In this document: positions 11,758 to 22,040 of the stretch, in pieces | How the letters are laid out: each line of letters opens with the position of its first letter | Position numbering within the stretch: the first letter of the stretch is position 1 | From: Tannerella sp. | GTDB lineage: Bacteria > Bacteroidota > Bacteroidia > Bacteroidales > Tannerellaceae | Length of the DNA: 32,482 nucleotides | Assembly: GCA_031275525.1 (NCBI GenBank) | Contig: JAISOP010000110.1 | Span: 1 to 32,482 of the forward strand | Direction: 5' to 3' | The notes under the pieces: model-generated | Told to the model about the DNA's origin: nothing | What the model saw: the letters and a program-made list of their open reading frames with translations, nothing else | Databases searched by the model: none | Program-made: the position numbers and the translations under genes

Positions 11758-12948
11758 TTAGTTTTCCAGTTCCGTGATCTGACCGGCACCGACCGTGCGG
11801 CCACCCTCACGAATGGCGAAACGGAGTCCTACGTTACATGCAACCGGGTAGATCAATTCTACTTCGATCGTGACGTTATCACCCGGCATCACCATTTCTA
11901 CGCCTTCCGGCAGATTGATTTCACCCGTCACGTCCAACGTACGGATATAGAATTGCGGACGATATTTGTTGTGGAACGGCGTGTGACGGCCGCCTTCTTC
12001 TTTCTTCAGGATATACACCTCGGCCTTGAATTTGGAATGAGGCTGTATCTTACCCGGATGGCAAAGCACCATACCGCGCTTGATTTCATTCTTGTCGATT
12101 CCGCGAAGCAGCAAACCTACGTTATCGCCGGCCTGGCCTTCGTCCAGAATCTTGCGGAACATTTCAACACCCGTTACGACCGATTTCTTTCCTGCCGGCG
12201 CACCCAGACCGATGATCTGAACTTCTTCACTCGTTTTGATAATACCGGTTTCAATACGACCTGTTGCTACGGTACCGCGACCTGTGATCGAGAATACGTC
12301 TTCAACCGGCATCAGGAACGGTTTGTCAACATCGCGCGGAGGCAGCGGAATCCACGTATCTACCGCATTCATCAATTCCATGACTTTCTCTTCGCATTCG
12401 GAATCGCCATTCAGCGCACCCAGCGCAGAACCCCGAATAACCGGTGTGTTATCACCGTCAAAATCATAGAATGAAAGTAGTTCCCTCATCTCCATTTCGA
12501 CGAGTTCCAGCATTTCTTCGTCATCGACCATGTCACATTTGTTCATGAACACAACCAACCGGGGTACGTTTACCTGACGTGCCAGCAGGATATGTTCGCG
12601 AGTCTGGGGCATCGGGCCATCGGTTGCAGCCACCACAATAATAGCGCCGTCCATCTGGGCCGCACCCGTAACCATGTTCTTCACGTAGTCGGCATGACCC
12701 GGGCAATCCACATGTGCGTAGTGACGGTTTGCGGTTTCGTACTCTACGTGAGCCGTATTAATCGTAATACCTCTTTCCTTCTCTTCCGGAGCGTTGTCGA
12801 TCGAATCGAACGAACGTACCTCGGACAGACCTTTCTTCGCCAAGACAGTCGTGATAGCGGCCGTCAAAGTTGTTTTACCGTGGTCAACGTGACCAATCGT
12901 ACCGATGTTTACATGCGGTTTTGTCCTGTTAAAATGTTCTTTTGCCAT
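11758..12948 (-). CDS. tuf: Elongation factor Tu
   Basis: 396 aa; [13 protein letters not shown] and NKCD GTPase motifs. Confidence 0.99.
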   Translation of the reverse strand: MAKEHFNRTKPHVNIGTIGHVDHGKTTLTAAITTVLAKKGLSEVRSFDSIDNAPEEKERGITINTAHVEYETANRHYAHVDCPGHADYVKNMVTGAAQMDGAIIVVAATDGPMPQTREHILLARQVNVPRLVVFMNKCDMVDDEEMLELVEMEMRELLSFYDFDGDNTPVIRGSALGALNGDSECEEKVMELMNAVDTWIPLPPRDVDKPFLMPVEDVFSITGRGTVATGRIETGIIKTSEEVQIIGLGAPAGKKSVVTGVEMFRKILDEGQAGDNVGLLLRGIDKNEIKRGMVLCHPGKIQPHSKFKAEVYILKKEEGGRHTPFHNKYRPQFYIRTLDVTGEINLPEGVEMVMPGDNVTIEVELIYPVACNVGLRFAIREGGRTVGAGQITELEN

Positions 12949-13005
12949 AATAATTATCTCTATTTAAAATTATATTCACTTGATCCTTATATTTCCCATC
13001 CGTCG

Positions 13006-13077
<72 letters not shown>

Positions 13078-13166
13078 ATTCTCTCATTATACACGGGAAC
13101 GTTTTCCCGTTGTTGCTCGCTTATACATTCCCCACCGGAAAGAAACGGGTCCTTTTGGCCTCCTCG

Positions 13167-13240
13167 AGCCTCTTGTCGGATTCGAACCAACGACCCCGAG
13201 ATTACAAATCACGTGCTCTGGCCAACTGAGCTAAAGAGGC
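13167..13240 (-). tRNA. tRNA-Thr (TGT)
   Basis: GCCTCTT...AAGAGGCT acceptor stem, anticodon loop TTTGTAA, GGTTCGAATC T-arm. Confidence 0.96.
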
Positions 13241-13280
13241 TTATGGGATTCAGCCGCCTCGCCTTATGGCGAAACGGCTG

Positions 13281-13311
13281 CAAATTTAGCCATTATTTAT
13301 AACATGCCAAA
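13281..13311 (-). promoter_or_regulatory. Bacteroidetes housekeeping promoter for the tRNA-tuf operon
   Basis: Minus strand TTTG (13311-13308), 19-nt spacer, TAAATTTG (13288-13281), matching the -33/-7 consensus TTTG-N19-21-TAnnTTTG. Confidence 0.8.
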
Positions 13312-13621
13312 ATTTATCGGCAGTTTTTTTATTCACGCCTTTTTTCAGTTTGACTAATTGTCTTTCCAGCGCGTCTGCGACATGGTCAACGGCTTCTTCA
13401 AACGTATCGCTGATCTTTTCGGCAAAACATTCATTATTCCTGATCTTCACCCGAACGCTGGCCTGTTTGTTCTGGGCTGTTTCCGGCTTGATCACCCGTA
13501 AATTCACTTCGGCCGTCAGAATTCCGTCGTGAAACTGTTCTAACTTTGAAACTTTTTTCTGGATAAAAGTTTCCAACCGTTCCGAAACATCAAAATGAAT
13601 CGCTTGAATTTTAATTTCCAT
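13286..13621 (-). CDS. hpf: Ribosome hibernation factor / ribosome-associated inhibitor (RaiA/HPF family)
   Basis: Start placed at MEIKIQAIHF (13621); short HPF-type sequence; usual rpsU-xerC-hpf order of Bacteroidetes. Confidence 0.9.
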   Translation of the reverse strand: MEIKIQAIHFDVSERLETFIQKKVSKLEQFHDGILTAEVNLRVIKPETAQNKQASVRVKIRNNECFAEKISDTFEEAVDHVADALERQLVKLKKGVNKKTADKFWHVINNG

Positions 13622-13634
13622 AAATTTTTCCTCC

Positions 13635-14528
13635 TTACTTTTTCGCTCTTGGATGAGCATGATACACTTTTTTCAATTCTTCAAAAGCCACGTGCGTATA
13701 GATGGACGTGGAAGCCAGACTGCTGTGTCCGAGTAACTCTTTCACGGCATTCAACTCAGCGCCGTTATTCAACATGCTCGTTGCAAAGGAATGCCTCAAC
13801 ACATGCGGACTGCGCTTGGCCAACATCGGAATCGTCGTCAGGGCTTGTTTCACAATGCGATAGACAATACCCGGAGAGAGTGGAGCGCCATTTTTTTTGA
13901 CAAAAAAACAGGCGTTTTCCGTTCCTACCGTTTTTTTACGCAGGGACACGTATTCGTGCATCATTTCCTTCAAACGTCCGGCAAAGGGTATCAACCGTTG
14001 CTTGTTGCGTTTTCCGGTCACTTTCAGTTGCATCCCGCTAAAATCCACATCCGCTTGCCGGAGCGTGATTAGCTCCGCTCGCCGGATACCCGTCTCGTAA
14101 AGCAATTCCAGCAGCAGCCGGTCTCTCATTCCTTCAAAATCGTCCTCAAAACCGTCGCCGTCTAAGAGTTGCGCCAGTTCTTTCTCTTTCACAAAATAAG
14201 GCAGCCTCTTTCCCAACTTGGGGCCCTGAATAAACTGTACCGGATTTTTTTCCACCTTTTCCTGCTTGACAAGAAACCGGAAATAAGTCCTGAGTGCAAC
14301 TAACTTGCGCCTGACGGAAGAAGGCATCACCTTATGCTCCAGAAGTGTCATCATCCACTGGCGAATTTGCTCCGGCTCAATCACACAAGGGTCAAATGGA
14401 GTATTATCCACTCGCTCTCCCCTGATATATACCCCAAATTGAAGCAAATCGCGGCGATACGCCTCTATCGTATGATCGGAACAGCCCTTCTCATAACGGA
14501 GATAACTCAAGAACGAATCAATAAACAT
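13635..14528 (-). CDS. xerC: Tyrosine recombinase XerC/XerD family
   Basis: 297 aa; catalytic residues in TGIRRAEL, GKRNKQR, SPHVLRHSFAT, LLGH, IYTH; housekeeping context. Confidence 0.88.
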   Translation of the reverse strand: MFIDSFLSYLRYEKGCSDHTIEAYRRDLLQFGVYIRGERVDNTPFDPCVIEPEQIRQWMMTLLEHKVMPSSVRRKLVALRTYFRFLVKQEKVEKNPVQFIQGPKLGKRLPYFVKEKELAQLLDGDGFEDDFEGMRDRLLLELLYETGIRRAELITLRQADVDFSGMQLKVTGKRNKQRLIPFAGRLKEMMHEYVSLRKKTVGTENACFFVKKNGAPLSPGIVYRIVKQALTTIPMLAKRSPHVLRHSFATSMLNNGAELNAVKELLGHSSLASTSIYTHVAFEELKKVYHAHPRAKK

Positions 14529-14612
14529 ATCCTACGTCACGTCTTTTGATGTGACGAATGTAGAGAAAAAAATTCAACAGAGCAAAGAAAATAGAAAAAA
14601 TATTTCACATGG

Positions 14613-14804
14613 CTATTCTTCGGCTTGTTGCAGTTGCTGCACAGAGATAGCATGAATACGCTGTTTTCTCTTTGCTACAGAAGGTTTTGTGAAGGCTTGG
14701 CGGCTCCTTAGCTCTCTCACTACACCGGTCTTCTCAAACTTCCGTTTAAACTTCTTCAGCGCTCTTTCAATGCTTTCGCCTTCTTTCAATGGAACTACGA
14801 TCAT
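14613..14804 (-). CDS. rpsU: 30S ribosomal protein S21
   Basis: 63 aa; ESIERALKKFKRK...FTKPS. Confidence 0.97.
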   Translation of the reverse strand: MIVVPLKEGESIERALKKFKRKFEKTGVVRELRSRQAFTKPSVAKRKQRIHAISVQQLQQAEE

Positions 14805-14862
14805 AAATTACTTTTGTTTGTTATTTTACATTACTGATTGTTTTATCCGTAAAAATCGGCCA

Positions 14863-14893
14863 CAAAAGTACGGATTGTTTGGTTCCCTGCAAA
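14863..14893 (-). promoter_or_regulatory. Promoter for rpsU
   Basis: Minus strand TTTG (14893-14890), 19-nt spacer, TACTTTTG (14870-14863). Confidence 0.78.
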
Positions 14894-14909
14894 ATTTTCC
14901 GCAATATTT

Positions 14910-14941
14910 TTTGTGGGTGAAGAGATATAAACATACTTTTG
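14910..14941 (+). promoter_or_regulatory. Divergent promoter for the gamma-CA/CapA genes
   Basis: TTTG (14910-14913), 20-nt spacer, TACTTTTG (14934-14941). Confidence 0.78.
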
Positions 14942-14973
14942 TGGACAATTTTATTCGGAAAATAACGAAAAGT

Positions 14974-15492
14974 ATGGCACTTATCAAATCCGTCAGGGGA
15001 TTCACTCCTGTCATCGGCAAAGACACCTATCTGGCCGACAATGCAGTAATCATCGGCGATGTCGTGATCGGCTGCGGTTGCAGCATCTGGTTCGGTACCG
15101 TCTTGCGGGGCGATGTCAATTCCATCCGCATCGGTAACGGAGTCAACATTCAGGATGGCTCGGTACTCCACACCCTGTATGAAAAATCGGTCATCGAAAT
15201 CGGTAACGACGTCTCCATCGGACATAACGTCACCATTCACGGCGCAAATATCTGCGACAGTGTGCTCATTGGGATGGGTGCGGTGATACTGGATCACGCC
15301 GTCGTCGGCGAGGGCGCCATTATTGCAGCCGGATCGGTTGTACTGAGTCATACGCAGGTGGAACCGGGCTGTATCTATGCCGGCGTACCCGCCAAATTCG
15401 TCAAAAAGGTAGAACCCGCACAGGCGCAGGAAATCAATCGGAAAATCGCCCGCAATTATCACCTATATGCTTCCTGGTACGAAAACAGTTGA
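14974..15492 (+). CDS. Gamma-class carbonic anhydrase family (hexapeptide-repeat, YrdA/PaaY-like) protein
   Basis: Start placed at MALIKSVRG (14974); LRGDVNSIRIG, NIQDGSVLH and IGHNVTIHGA with three candidate metal-binding His. Confidence 0.93.
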   Translation: MALIKSVRGFTPVIGKDTYLADNAVIIGDVVIGCGCSIWFGTVLRGDVNSIRIGNGVNIQDGSVLHTLYEKSVIEIGNDVSIGHNVTIHGANICDSVLIGMGAVILDHAVVGEGAIIAAGSVVLSHTQVEPGCIYAGVPAKFVKKVEPAQAQEINRKIARNYHLYASWYENS

Positions 15493-16647
15493 ATGTTCAT
15501 GCGCCTGAAAAAACAGAGTTTGCGGATAAGTCTTCCGGTATTTGCCGCGGTAGGACTTTTCGCATGGCTTGCCATTTCACACTTTGCCGGGAGGCAAACG
15601 CCTTTGTCCGGCGTCGATTCCGGGTACGTTTCTCCTTGCACCCTACATGCCCGGCTGATGCTGGCCGGCGACCTGATGCAGCACATGCCACAAGTGAAAG
15701 CGGCCCGCATGTCCGACGGCGGATACGACTACACGGAATCATTCCGCTTTGTGGCGCCTGTTTTTCAAGAGGCCGACCTTGCCGTACTGAATCTGGAAAC
15801 AACCCTCACGCCCTCTCGCCGCTATACGGGATACCCGCAGTTCCGCTCTCCGCCGGCGCTGGCCGGTGCGCTGGCGGAGATGGGTATTGACGTAGTTGCC
15901 CTGGCTAATAATCACATCTGCGATTATGGGCGGACGGGGATTGATTACACGACGCACTGCCTCGATTCGCTCGGCATTGCCTTCACGGGCGCCTTTGCCG
16001 ACAGCTTGCAGTACCGCCGTTTTCATCCGCTCCGGATAGATGTAAACGGGATACGGATGGCCCTTTTCAATTATACGTACGGTACGAACGGATGCCCCGT
16101 GCCGGCAGGAACCATTGTCAACATGATTGATACGTCGGCGATTGCGCAGGATATTTCCCGGATAGACCGTACGGAAATCGACTGTATAGCGGTATTTTTT
16201 CATTGGGGAGACGAATACGCCCGTCAACCCAACGCGACTCAGCGCATGTTGGCCGAATATTGTCACCGGCGGGGCGTGGAAATTGTGATTGGCTCGCATC
16301 CGCATGTCATTCAGCCGATCGACCTGCATGTGGAGGAGGACAGCATCATTCGTTCCGTCACCTTGTATTCGCTGGGCAATCTGGTATCGAATCAGCGCAA
16401 CCGCTACCGGAACGGCGGACTGCTCGTCACGCTCGACCTCGAAAAAGTCGCCGGTCAGCCCCTACGCATCCGGCCGTTCTATACGCCGGTTTGGGTTTGG
16501 TTGCCCGGCTACCGGATATTGACGCCCTCCACGGCCGACTCCCTCACGCTCTCTGACCGCGAACGGGAAGAATATCTCCGCTTTAGGCAAGACACGCGGG
16601 AATGGCTCGCCATCGAAGGACTGACCGAACAACGCGAGGACTTTTGA
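15493..16647 (+). CDS. CapA (poly-gamma-glutamate synthesis A)-family metallophosphoesterase, N-terminally membrane-anchored
   Basis: AGDLMQH, NLET, ANNHICD, HWG, GSHPH and YSLGN motifs; hydrophobic N-terminus; abuts the upstream stop. Confidence 0.9.
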   Translation: MFMRLKKQSLRISLPVFAAVGLFAWLAISHFAGRQTPLSGVDSGYVSPCTLHARLMLAGDLMQHMPQVKAARMSDGGYDYTESFRFVAPVFQEADLAVLNLETTLTPSRRYTGYPQFRSPPALAGALAEMGIDVVALANNHICDYGRTGIDYTTHCLDSLGIAFTGAFADSLQYRRFHPLRIDVNGIRMALFNYTYGTNGCPVPAGTIVNMIDTSAIAQDISRIDRTEIDCIAVFFHWGDEYARQPNATQRMLAEYCHRRGVEIVIGSHPHVIQPIDLHVEEDSIIRSVTLYSLGNLVSNQRNRYRNGGLLVTLDLEKVAGQPLRIRPFYTPVWVWLPGYRILTPSTADSLTLSDREREEYLRFRQDTREWLAIEGLTEQREDF

Positions 16648-16798
16648 CGGCACGCCTGCAAACCCCTGTGTTTTGGCATAAACTTTAGCCGGCTTGAAGA
16701 GGAAATGGAATGTCTAAGAGCAAACGAGTAAAAATGGATAATATAAGGTATGCGAAAAAATCATAGCGCCTCCAAAAAAGAACTAACCCGGAAAATTG

Positions 16799-16806
16799 TA
16801 CCTTTG
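16799..16806 (+). promoter_or_regulatory. Probable -7 promoter element for purine nucleoside phosphorylase
   Basis: TACCTTTG 28 bp upstream of the ATG; no clear -33 TTTG. Confidence 0.55.
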
Positions 16807-16834
16807 CGCGGTAAACAAACTATCATATCAGCTA

Positions 16835-17644
16835 ATGAATATCTATCGGAAAACTGTTGAATATTTGGTTTCTCGCGTGCTGGGAGGGGCGGAAACGGCC
16901 ATCATACTCGGCAGCGGGCTGGGAACGCTGGCCGGTGAGTTGGAACATGCCGTCAGGATTCCGTACGGTGAAATCCCGCATTTTGTACATACGACGGCGA
17001 CCGGACATCAGGGAAACCTGATTTACGGCACCTTAGGCGGAAAACCCGTTTGGGTGATGCAGGGGCGTTTCCATTATTATGAAGGATATACCATGCAGCA
17101 GGTGACCTATCCGGTGCGGGTGATGCAACGCCTTGGCGTGAAGAACCTGCTCGTATCGAACGCAGCCGGCGGCATCAATCCCACTTTCAAGGTGGGCGAC
17201 CTGATGGTGATTCGAGACCATATCAACATGATACCCAACCCGCTGATTGGCCCTAATGACGACGCTTTCGGGACACGCTTCCCCGATATGACACGCGCCT
17301 ACGACCGCGAGTTTATCCGTATGGCCGCAGACATTGCCGCCGCCAGGGGCTTTTCGCTGAAGGAAGGCGTGTATGTTGGGCTGACAGGTCCCTCGTTCGA
17401 GACGCCGGCCGAATACGCCTGCTACGGCAGGATGGGGGGCGACGCCATCGGAATGAGCACGGTGCCGGAGGTCATTGTGGCGCGTCATGCCGGATTGCGC
17501 GTCTTCGGCATGTCGGTGATTACCAATGAAGGCTATCATTTCGACGACGACTTTGTCAACGACGGAGCCGACGTAATCGCCGCCGCCCACAAAGCCGCAG
17601 ACACCATGACACAGCTTTTCTCCGAACTGGTTGGGCGGATTTAA
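16835..17644 (+). CDS. Purine nucleoside phosphorylase (trimeric PNP family)
   Basis: Start placed at MNIYRK (16835); [26 protein letters not shown] and GMSTVPEV motifs. Confidence 0.95.
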   Translation: MNIYRKTVEYLVSRVLGGAETAIILGSGLGTLAGELEHAVRIPYGEIPHFVHTTATGHQGNLIYGTLGGKPVWVMQGRFHYYEGYTMQQVTYPVRVMQRLGVKNLLVSNAAGGINPTFKVGDLMVIRDHINMIPNPLIGPNDDAFGTRFPDMTRAYDREFIRMAADIAAARGFSLKEGVYVGLTGPSFETPAEYACYGRMGGDAIGMSTVPEVIVARHAGLRVFGMSVITNEGYHFDDDFVNDGADVIAAAHKAADTMTQLFSELVGRI

Positions 17645-17854
17645 ATTCAAGGATGCAAGGATTCAATGATTCCAATGGCATGGCCGGAAGAAAAAGGGTG
17701 GATTTTCAGACATTATATTTCCCCTACCCTACCCTTTGCATTCAATTTGACGGAAAATCCGGATATATGATGACGATTTGCCGGAAACGGGACACAATAA
17801 GCGACAGATTGTAACGCCATGAAGCAAACTATACATTTTGTTCGTAATATGTGC

Positions 17855-17883
17855 TTGTAGTATGACAAAAAGATATACATTTG
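17855..17883 (+). promoter_or_regulatory. Probable promoter of the dapL/nitrogen-assimilation cluster
   Basis: TTG (17855-17857), 18-nt spacer, TACATTTG (17876-17883). Confidence 0.6.
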
Positions 17884-18156
17884 CAGCGAAATCGAACAAA
17901 AAGGAATTCATATACGACAAGTAATTTAAAAATGGCAGGAGCGATACATATTCAGAGGGCATACGGAGCCGGTAACGGTTCCGGCGTTTTCCCGGACGAC
18001 AGGGGTTCGCACATTCCGGTTGAGCGGCGCAGAAGACACGCCGTACGGACGGTTGCGAAAAACGCCTACTCCCGGCCACGCATCCTGCGCCGTTCCACCC
18101 GGAACGATCCACAGACATACATATTAATAACATACATAACAACAATTCGAATAAAA

Positions 18157-19389
18157 ATGGCTTTAATAAACGAACAGTTTTTGAAACTGCCGGGCAATTA
18201 TCTGTTTTCGGATATTGCCCGGAGGGTGCAGGTCTATAAACGGACGCATCCTAAGGCAGAAGTGATTAGTTTAGGTATTGGAGACGTGACCCGTCCGTTG
18301 CCGCAGGCCGTGCGTGACGCCATGCACGGGGCGGTAAACGAGATGGGTGACGTCCGGACGTTCCGAGGCTACGGCCCCGAACAGGGCTATCCGTTCCTGA
18401 TCGACGCCATCATCCGGCACGACTACGCGGCTCGCGGCGTGACGCTCGAGCCGGGCGAGGTCTTCGTCAGCGACGGCGCCAAGAGCGATTCGGGTAACAT
18501 CGGCGACATTCTGGGACGCGACAACTGCGTGGGCGTGACCGACCCGATTTACCCCGTCTACATCGACTCCAACGTGATGGGCGGACGCGCCGGCGAACTC
18601 GCCGAGGGACGCTGGAGCAGCGTGGTTTACATCCCCTGCACCGAGGCGAACGGCTTTATCCCCGACTTGCCCGACCGGCGGATCGACCTGCTCTACCTCT
18701 GCTATCCCAACAACCCGACCGGCGCTTCCATCACGCGCGAGGCGCTGAAAAAATGGGTCGATTATGCACTGGCCAACCAGGTGCTCATCCTCTACGACGC
18801 GGCTTACGAGGCGTATATCCAGGACCCGGAACTCCCTCATTCCATCTACGAAATCAAGGATGCGAAGAAGGTGGCCGTCGAGTTCAGGAGTTTCTCGAAG
18901 ACGGCCGGGTTCACGGGCGTACGCTGCGGCTATACCGTGGTGCCGAAAGAGCTGAAGGGATATACGGCCGGCGGCGAGGCCGTGCCGCTGAACCAGCTGT
19001 GGAGCCGCCGCCAGTGCACGAAGTTCAACGGCACGAGTTACATCACCCAGCGCGGCGCGGAGGCGGTTTATTCGCCCGAAGGCGCGGCGCAGGTCCGGGA
19101 GGTGATCGGGTATTACATGGAGAATGCCCGCATCATGCGCGAAGGGCTGAGCGGCGCCGGGTTGACGGTGGCTTCGGGCGGGGAGAACGCGCCCTACCTG
19201 TGGATCAAAACGCCCGAGGGCGTGGCGTCGTGGACTTTCTTCGACCGGATGCTCCACGGGGCCAGGGTGGTAGGCACGCCGGGCGTCGGCTTCGGGCCGA
19301 GCGGCGAGGGGTATATCCGCCTCACCTCCTTCGGTACCAGGGAACACTGTACCGAGGCGATGGAACGAATCTATAAATGGTTAAAATAA
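18157..19389 (+). CDS. dapL: LL-diaminopimelate aminotransferase
   Basis: Start placed at MALINEQF (18157); [29 protein letters not shown] and [14 protein letters not shown] (PLP lysine). Confidence 0.95.
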   Translation: MALINEQFLKLPGNYLFSDIARRVQVYKRTHPKAEVISLGIGDVTRPLPQAVRDAMHGAVNEMGDVRTFRGYGPEQGYPFLIDAIIRHDYAARGVTLEPGEVFVSDGAKSDSGNIGDILGRDNCVGVTDPIYPVYIDSNVMGGRAGELAEGRWSSVVYIPCTEANGFIPDLPDRRIDLLYLCYPNNPTGASITREALKKWVDYALANQVLILYDAAYEAYIQDPELPHSIYEIKDAKKVAVEFRSFSKTAGFTGVRCGYTVVPKELKGYTAGGEAVPLNQLWSRRQCTKFNGTSYITQRGAEAVYSPEGAAQVREVIGYYMENARIMREGLSGAGLTVASGGENAPYLWIKTPEGVASWTFFDRMLHGARVVGTPGVGFGPSGEGYIRLTSFGTREHCTEAMERIYKWLK

Positions 19390-19484
19390 AAGGGTGAACG
19401 TATGAGTATATTCATGTAGTTGATGCGCACAACGCAGGGACAGATACTGCGGGAACCCCCTACTGATTCTATCACTTAATAACA

Positions 19485-20213
19485 ATGAAAGGAATGAAAA
19501 GAATGAACATTGCAAAAAGAATCCTGACGGCAGCAGCGATGGCCGCCGTCGTGTGGGTGGCTGTTCCTGCCCGTATGGGAGCGCAGGAACTTTCGGCAGG
19601 TGGCGACCTGGTCAGCAGTTATGTCTGGCGGGGTGCGTACTGTGGCGGCGTCAGCATACAGCCGGCGCTGTCTTTTTCGGCGGGCGGATTTTCGCTGGCC
19701 GCCTGGGGGTCGGTCGGCTTCACGTCGCCCGCCTATGTGGACGAGTTTGACTTTACGCTGGGCTACGGCATCGGCGGCCTCAGCCTCGCCCTGACGGACT
19801 ATTGGTTTGCGTATCGCGGGGAACTGGAGGCTGACGACTATTTTAGTTACGGGGACCAAACGGCTCACATGTTCGAAGCCTCGGCGGGATACGACTTCGG
19901 GCCGCTGGCGCTGTCGTGGAACACGTTTTTTGCAGGGGCCGACGACAAGCCTTCCGACGAAGACAAACGGGCCTTTTCCACCTACATCGAAGCCAGCGCC
20001 CCTTTCAAGGTGGGCGACTACGGCCTGAAGCTCGAACTGGGCGTCACGCCCTGGGAGAGTATTTATGCCGACGGGTTCAACGTGGTGAACCTCGGGATCA
20101 CCGGGTCGAAGGAAATCAAAGTCACGGAATCGTTTACCCTTCCGGCCTTCACGAAAGTGATTTTCAACCCGGCCGGCAAGCAGGCGTATTTCGTCTTCGG
20201 GATCAGTCTGTAG
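19485..20213 (+). CDS. Outer-membrane beta-barrel protein, TorF/Gcw_chp-like putative porin (start may be 19494 or 19503)
   Basis: Signal peptide, DLVSSYVWRG motif, alternating beta-strand pattern, C-terminal YFVFGISL; directly upstream of PII-amtB. Confidence 0.75.
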   Translation: MKGMKRMNIAKRILTAAAMAAVVWVAVPARMGAQELSAGGDLVSSYVWRGAYCGGVSIQPALSFSAGGFSLAAWGSVGFTSPAYVDEFDFTLGYGIGGLSLALTDYWFAYRGELEADDYFSYGDQTAHMFEASAGYDFGPLALSWNTFFAGADDKPSDEDKRAFSTYIEASAPFKVGDYGLKLELGVTPWESIYADGFNVVNLGITGSKEIKVTESFTLPAFTKVIFNPAGKQAYFVFGISL

Positions 20214-20242
20214 GAACATTTATCGCTAAAAGGGAAACAGAT

Positions 20243-20599
20243 ATGAAAAAGATCGAAGCGATTATTCGCAAAACCAAGTTTGAGGAAGTGAAGGAAGCGC
20301 TGTTGGAGGCCGACATCGAATGGTTTTCCTACTATGACGTGCGCGGCGTGGGGAAGACCCGCCAGGAGCGTATCTACCGCGGGGTGGTGTATGACACGAG
20401 CTACATCGAGCGCACGCTGCTCACGATCGTCGTGCGCGACGTGAACGCGGAGCGGACGGTGAACGCCATCCTTCAAACCGCCCGGACGGGCGAGATCGGC
20501 GACGGGCGTATTTTTATCTCCACCGTCGATGACTCCGTCCGTATCCGTACGGCCGAGCGGGGCGACATTGCGCTCTATAACGCCGAGCAGGAAAAATGA
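20243..20599 (+). CDS. glnK: Nitrogen regulatory protein P-II (GlnB/GlnK family)
   Basis: MKKIEAIIR, YRGVVY T-loop, TGEIGDGRIF, VRIRT; adjacent to amtB, which is the basis for the glnK name. Confidence 0.9.
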   Translation: MKKIEAIIRKTKFEEVKEALLEADIEWFSYYDVRGVGKTRQERIYRGVVYDTSYIERTLLTIVVRDVNAERTVNAILQTARTGEIGDGRIFISTVDDSVRIRTAERGDIALYNAEQEK

Positions 20600-20635
20600 C
20601 CGGCATCGTTTATAAACCGTTTAACATGTAGAAGT

Positions 20636-22000
20636 ATGAAAAAATATACATTACACCGTTTGAGCCGGTCTGCTACGGCCGGGATCCTGCTTTGCGTTCT
20701 TTTCGCCGCAGGAGTATGTGCACAGGAAGCCGCCGGAGGGCTGGCCGAAACCGTTGCGAGCAACGGCGTATCGTTGGACACCGTTTGGATGCTGCTGGCC
20801 GCCATGCTGGTATTCTTCATGCAGCCGGGCTTTGCTATGGTGGAAGCCGGGTTCACCCGCGTCAAAAATACGGGCAATATCCTGATGAAGAACTTCATGG
20901 ACTTCACGCTGGGGTCGCTGCTCTTCTTCTTCCTCGGCTTCGGGATCATGTTCGGTTCCGAGGGCGCAGGGTTTATCGGGATGCCGAACTTCGGCGACCT
21001 GTCGTTCTTCGACAACGGCCTGCCCACGGAGGGATTCCTCATCTTCCAGACCGTTTTCTGCGCCACGGCCGCCACCATCGTTTCGGGCGCCATGGCCGAG
21101 CGGACCAAGTTCCACATGTACCTCGTCTATACGATCCTCATCAGCGTCGTCATCTACCCCGTCTCCGGGCACTGGACCTGGGGCGGCGGATGGTTGATGG
21201 CCGGAGGCGGATGGCTGGAGACGCAGGTGGGCGCCACGTTCCATGACTTTGCCGGCTCCACCGTGGTCCACTCCGTGGGCGGCTGGGTAGCCCTGGTTGG
21301 CGCCGCCATCCTCGGCCCCCGCATCGGGAAGTACGGCAAGGACGGCAAGTCGAAAGCCATTCCGGGGCACAACCTCACCCTGGCTGCCCTGGGCGTCTTC
21401 ATCCTCTGGTTCGGATGGTTCGGATTCAATCCCGGTTCGCAGCTGGCGGCTGCCGGCGAGGAAAACCGCGTGGCCATCTCGCACGTCTTCCTGACCACCA
21501 ACCTGGCCGCCTGTGCCGGCGGACTCCTGTCGCTGCTGACGGCCTGGGCGAAATACCGCAAACCGTCGCTCTCCCTCACGCTCAACGGCGTGCTGGCGGG
21601 CCTGGTCGGAATCACCGCCGGATGCGACGCCGTCTCGCCCTGGGGAGCCGTACTGATCGGCGCCGTCTGCGGGGTGGTGATGGTCTATTCGGTGGAAATC
21701 ATCGACAAGGTGTTCAAAATCGACGACCCCGTGGGGGCCTCCTCCGTACACGGCACTTGCGGCCTGGTGGGAACGGTGATGACCGGCCTGCTGGCCCTCG
21801 ACGGCGGACTGTTCTACGGCGGAGGCGCAAGCCTGCTGTGGGCACAAGTAATCGGCGCCGTAGTCATCGGACTGTGGGCTGCCGGCATGGGCTTCGTGAT
21901 ATTCAAAGGTCTTGACCTGGCATTCGGCATCCGCGTCTCCAGGCGCGTCGAGGAAGAAGGTCTCGACATCTACGAACATGGCGAAGCCGCCTATAACTGA
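20636..22000 (+). CDS. amtB: Ammonium transporter
   Basis: FFMQPGFAMVEAG, HDFAGSTVVH, LWFGWFGFN and DDPVGASSVH motifs; multiple TM helices; N-terminal signal-like segment. Confidence 0.97.
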   Translation: MKKYTLHRLSRSATAGILLCVLFAAGVCAQEAAGGLAETVASNGVSLDTVWMLLAAMLVFFMQPGFAMVEAGFTRVKNTGNILMKNFMDFTLGSLLFFFLGFGIMFGSEGAGFIGMPNFGDLSFFDNGLPTEGFLIFQTVFCATAATIVSGAMAERTKFHMYLVYTILISVVIYPVSGHWTWGGGWLMAGGGWLETQVGATFHDFAGSTVVHSVGGWVALVGAAILGPRIGKYGKDGKSKAIPGHNLTLAALGVFILWFGWFGFNPGSQLAAAGEENRVAISHVFLTTNLAACAGGLLSLLTAWAKYRKPSLSLTLNGVLAGLVGITAGCDAVSPWGAVLIGAVCGVVMVYSVEIIDKVFKIDDPVGASSVHGTCGLVGTVMTGLLALDGGLFYGGGASLLWAQVIGAVVIGLWAAGMGFVIFKGLDLAFGIRVSRRVEEEGLDIYEHGEAAYN

Positions 22001-22040
22001 AGAGAATGATCATTTACACAATGAATTATTAAGACACCGA

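Noticed and set aside
13635-14528. Tyrosine recombinase as a prophage/ICE or integron integrase near tRNAs
   Set aside because: Size, motifs and the rpsU-xerC-hpf context match the housekeeping Xer recombinase; no cargo or att duplication is visible.
14689-14973. 95-aa N-terminal extension of the gamma-CA ORF
   Set aside because: Overlaps rpsU antisense and both divergent promoters; the plausible start is ATG 14974.
17950-18120. Lysine riboswitch upstream of dapL
   Set aside because: Only a short AGAGG similarity; the other conserved blocks and a terminator are not evident. Kept only as an unassigned structured leader.
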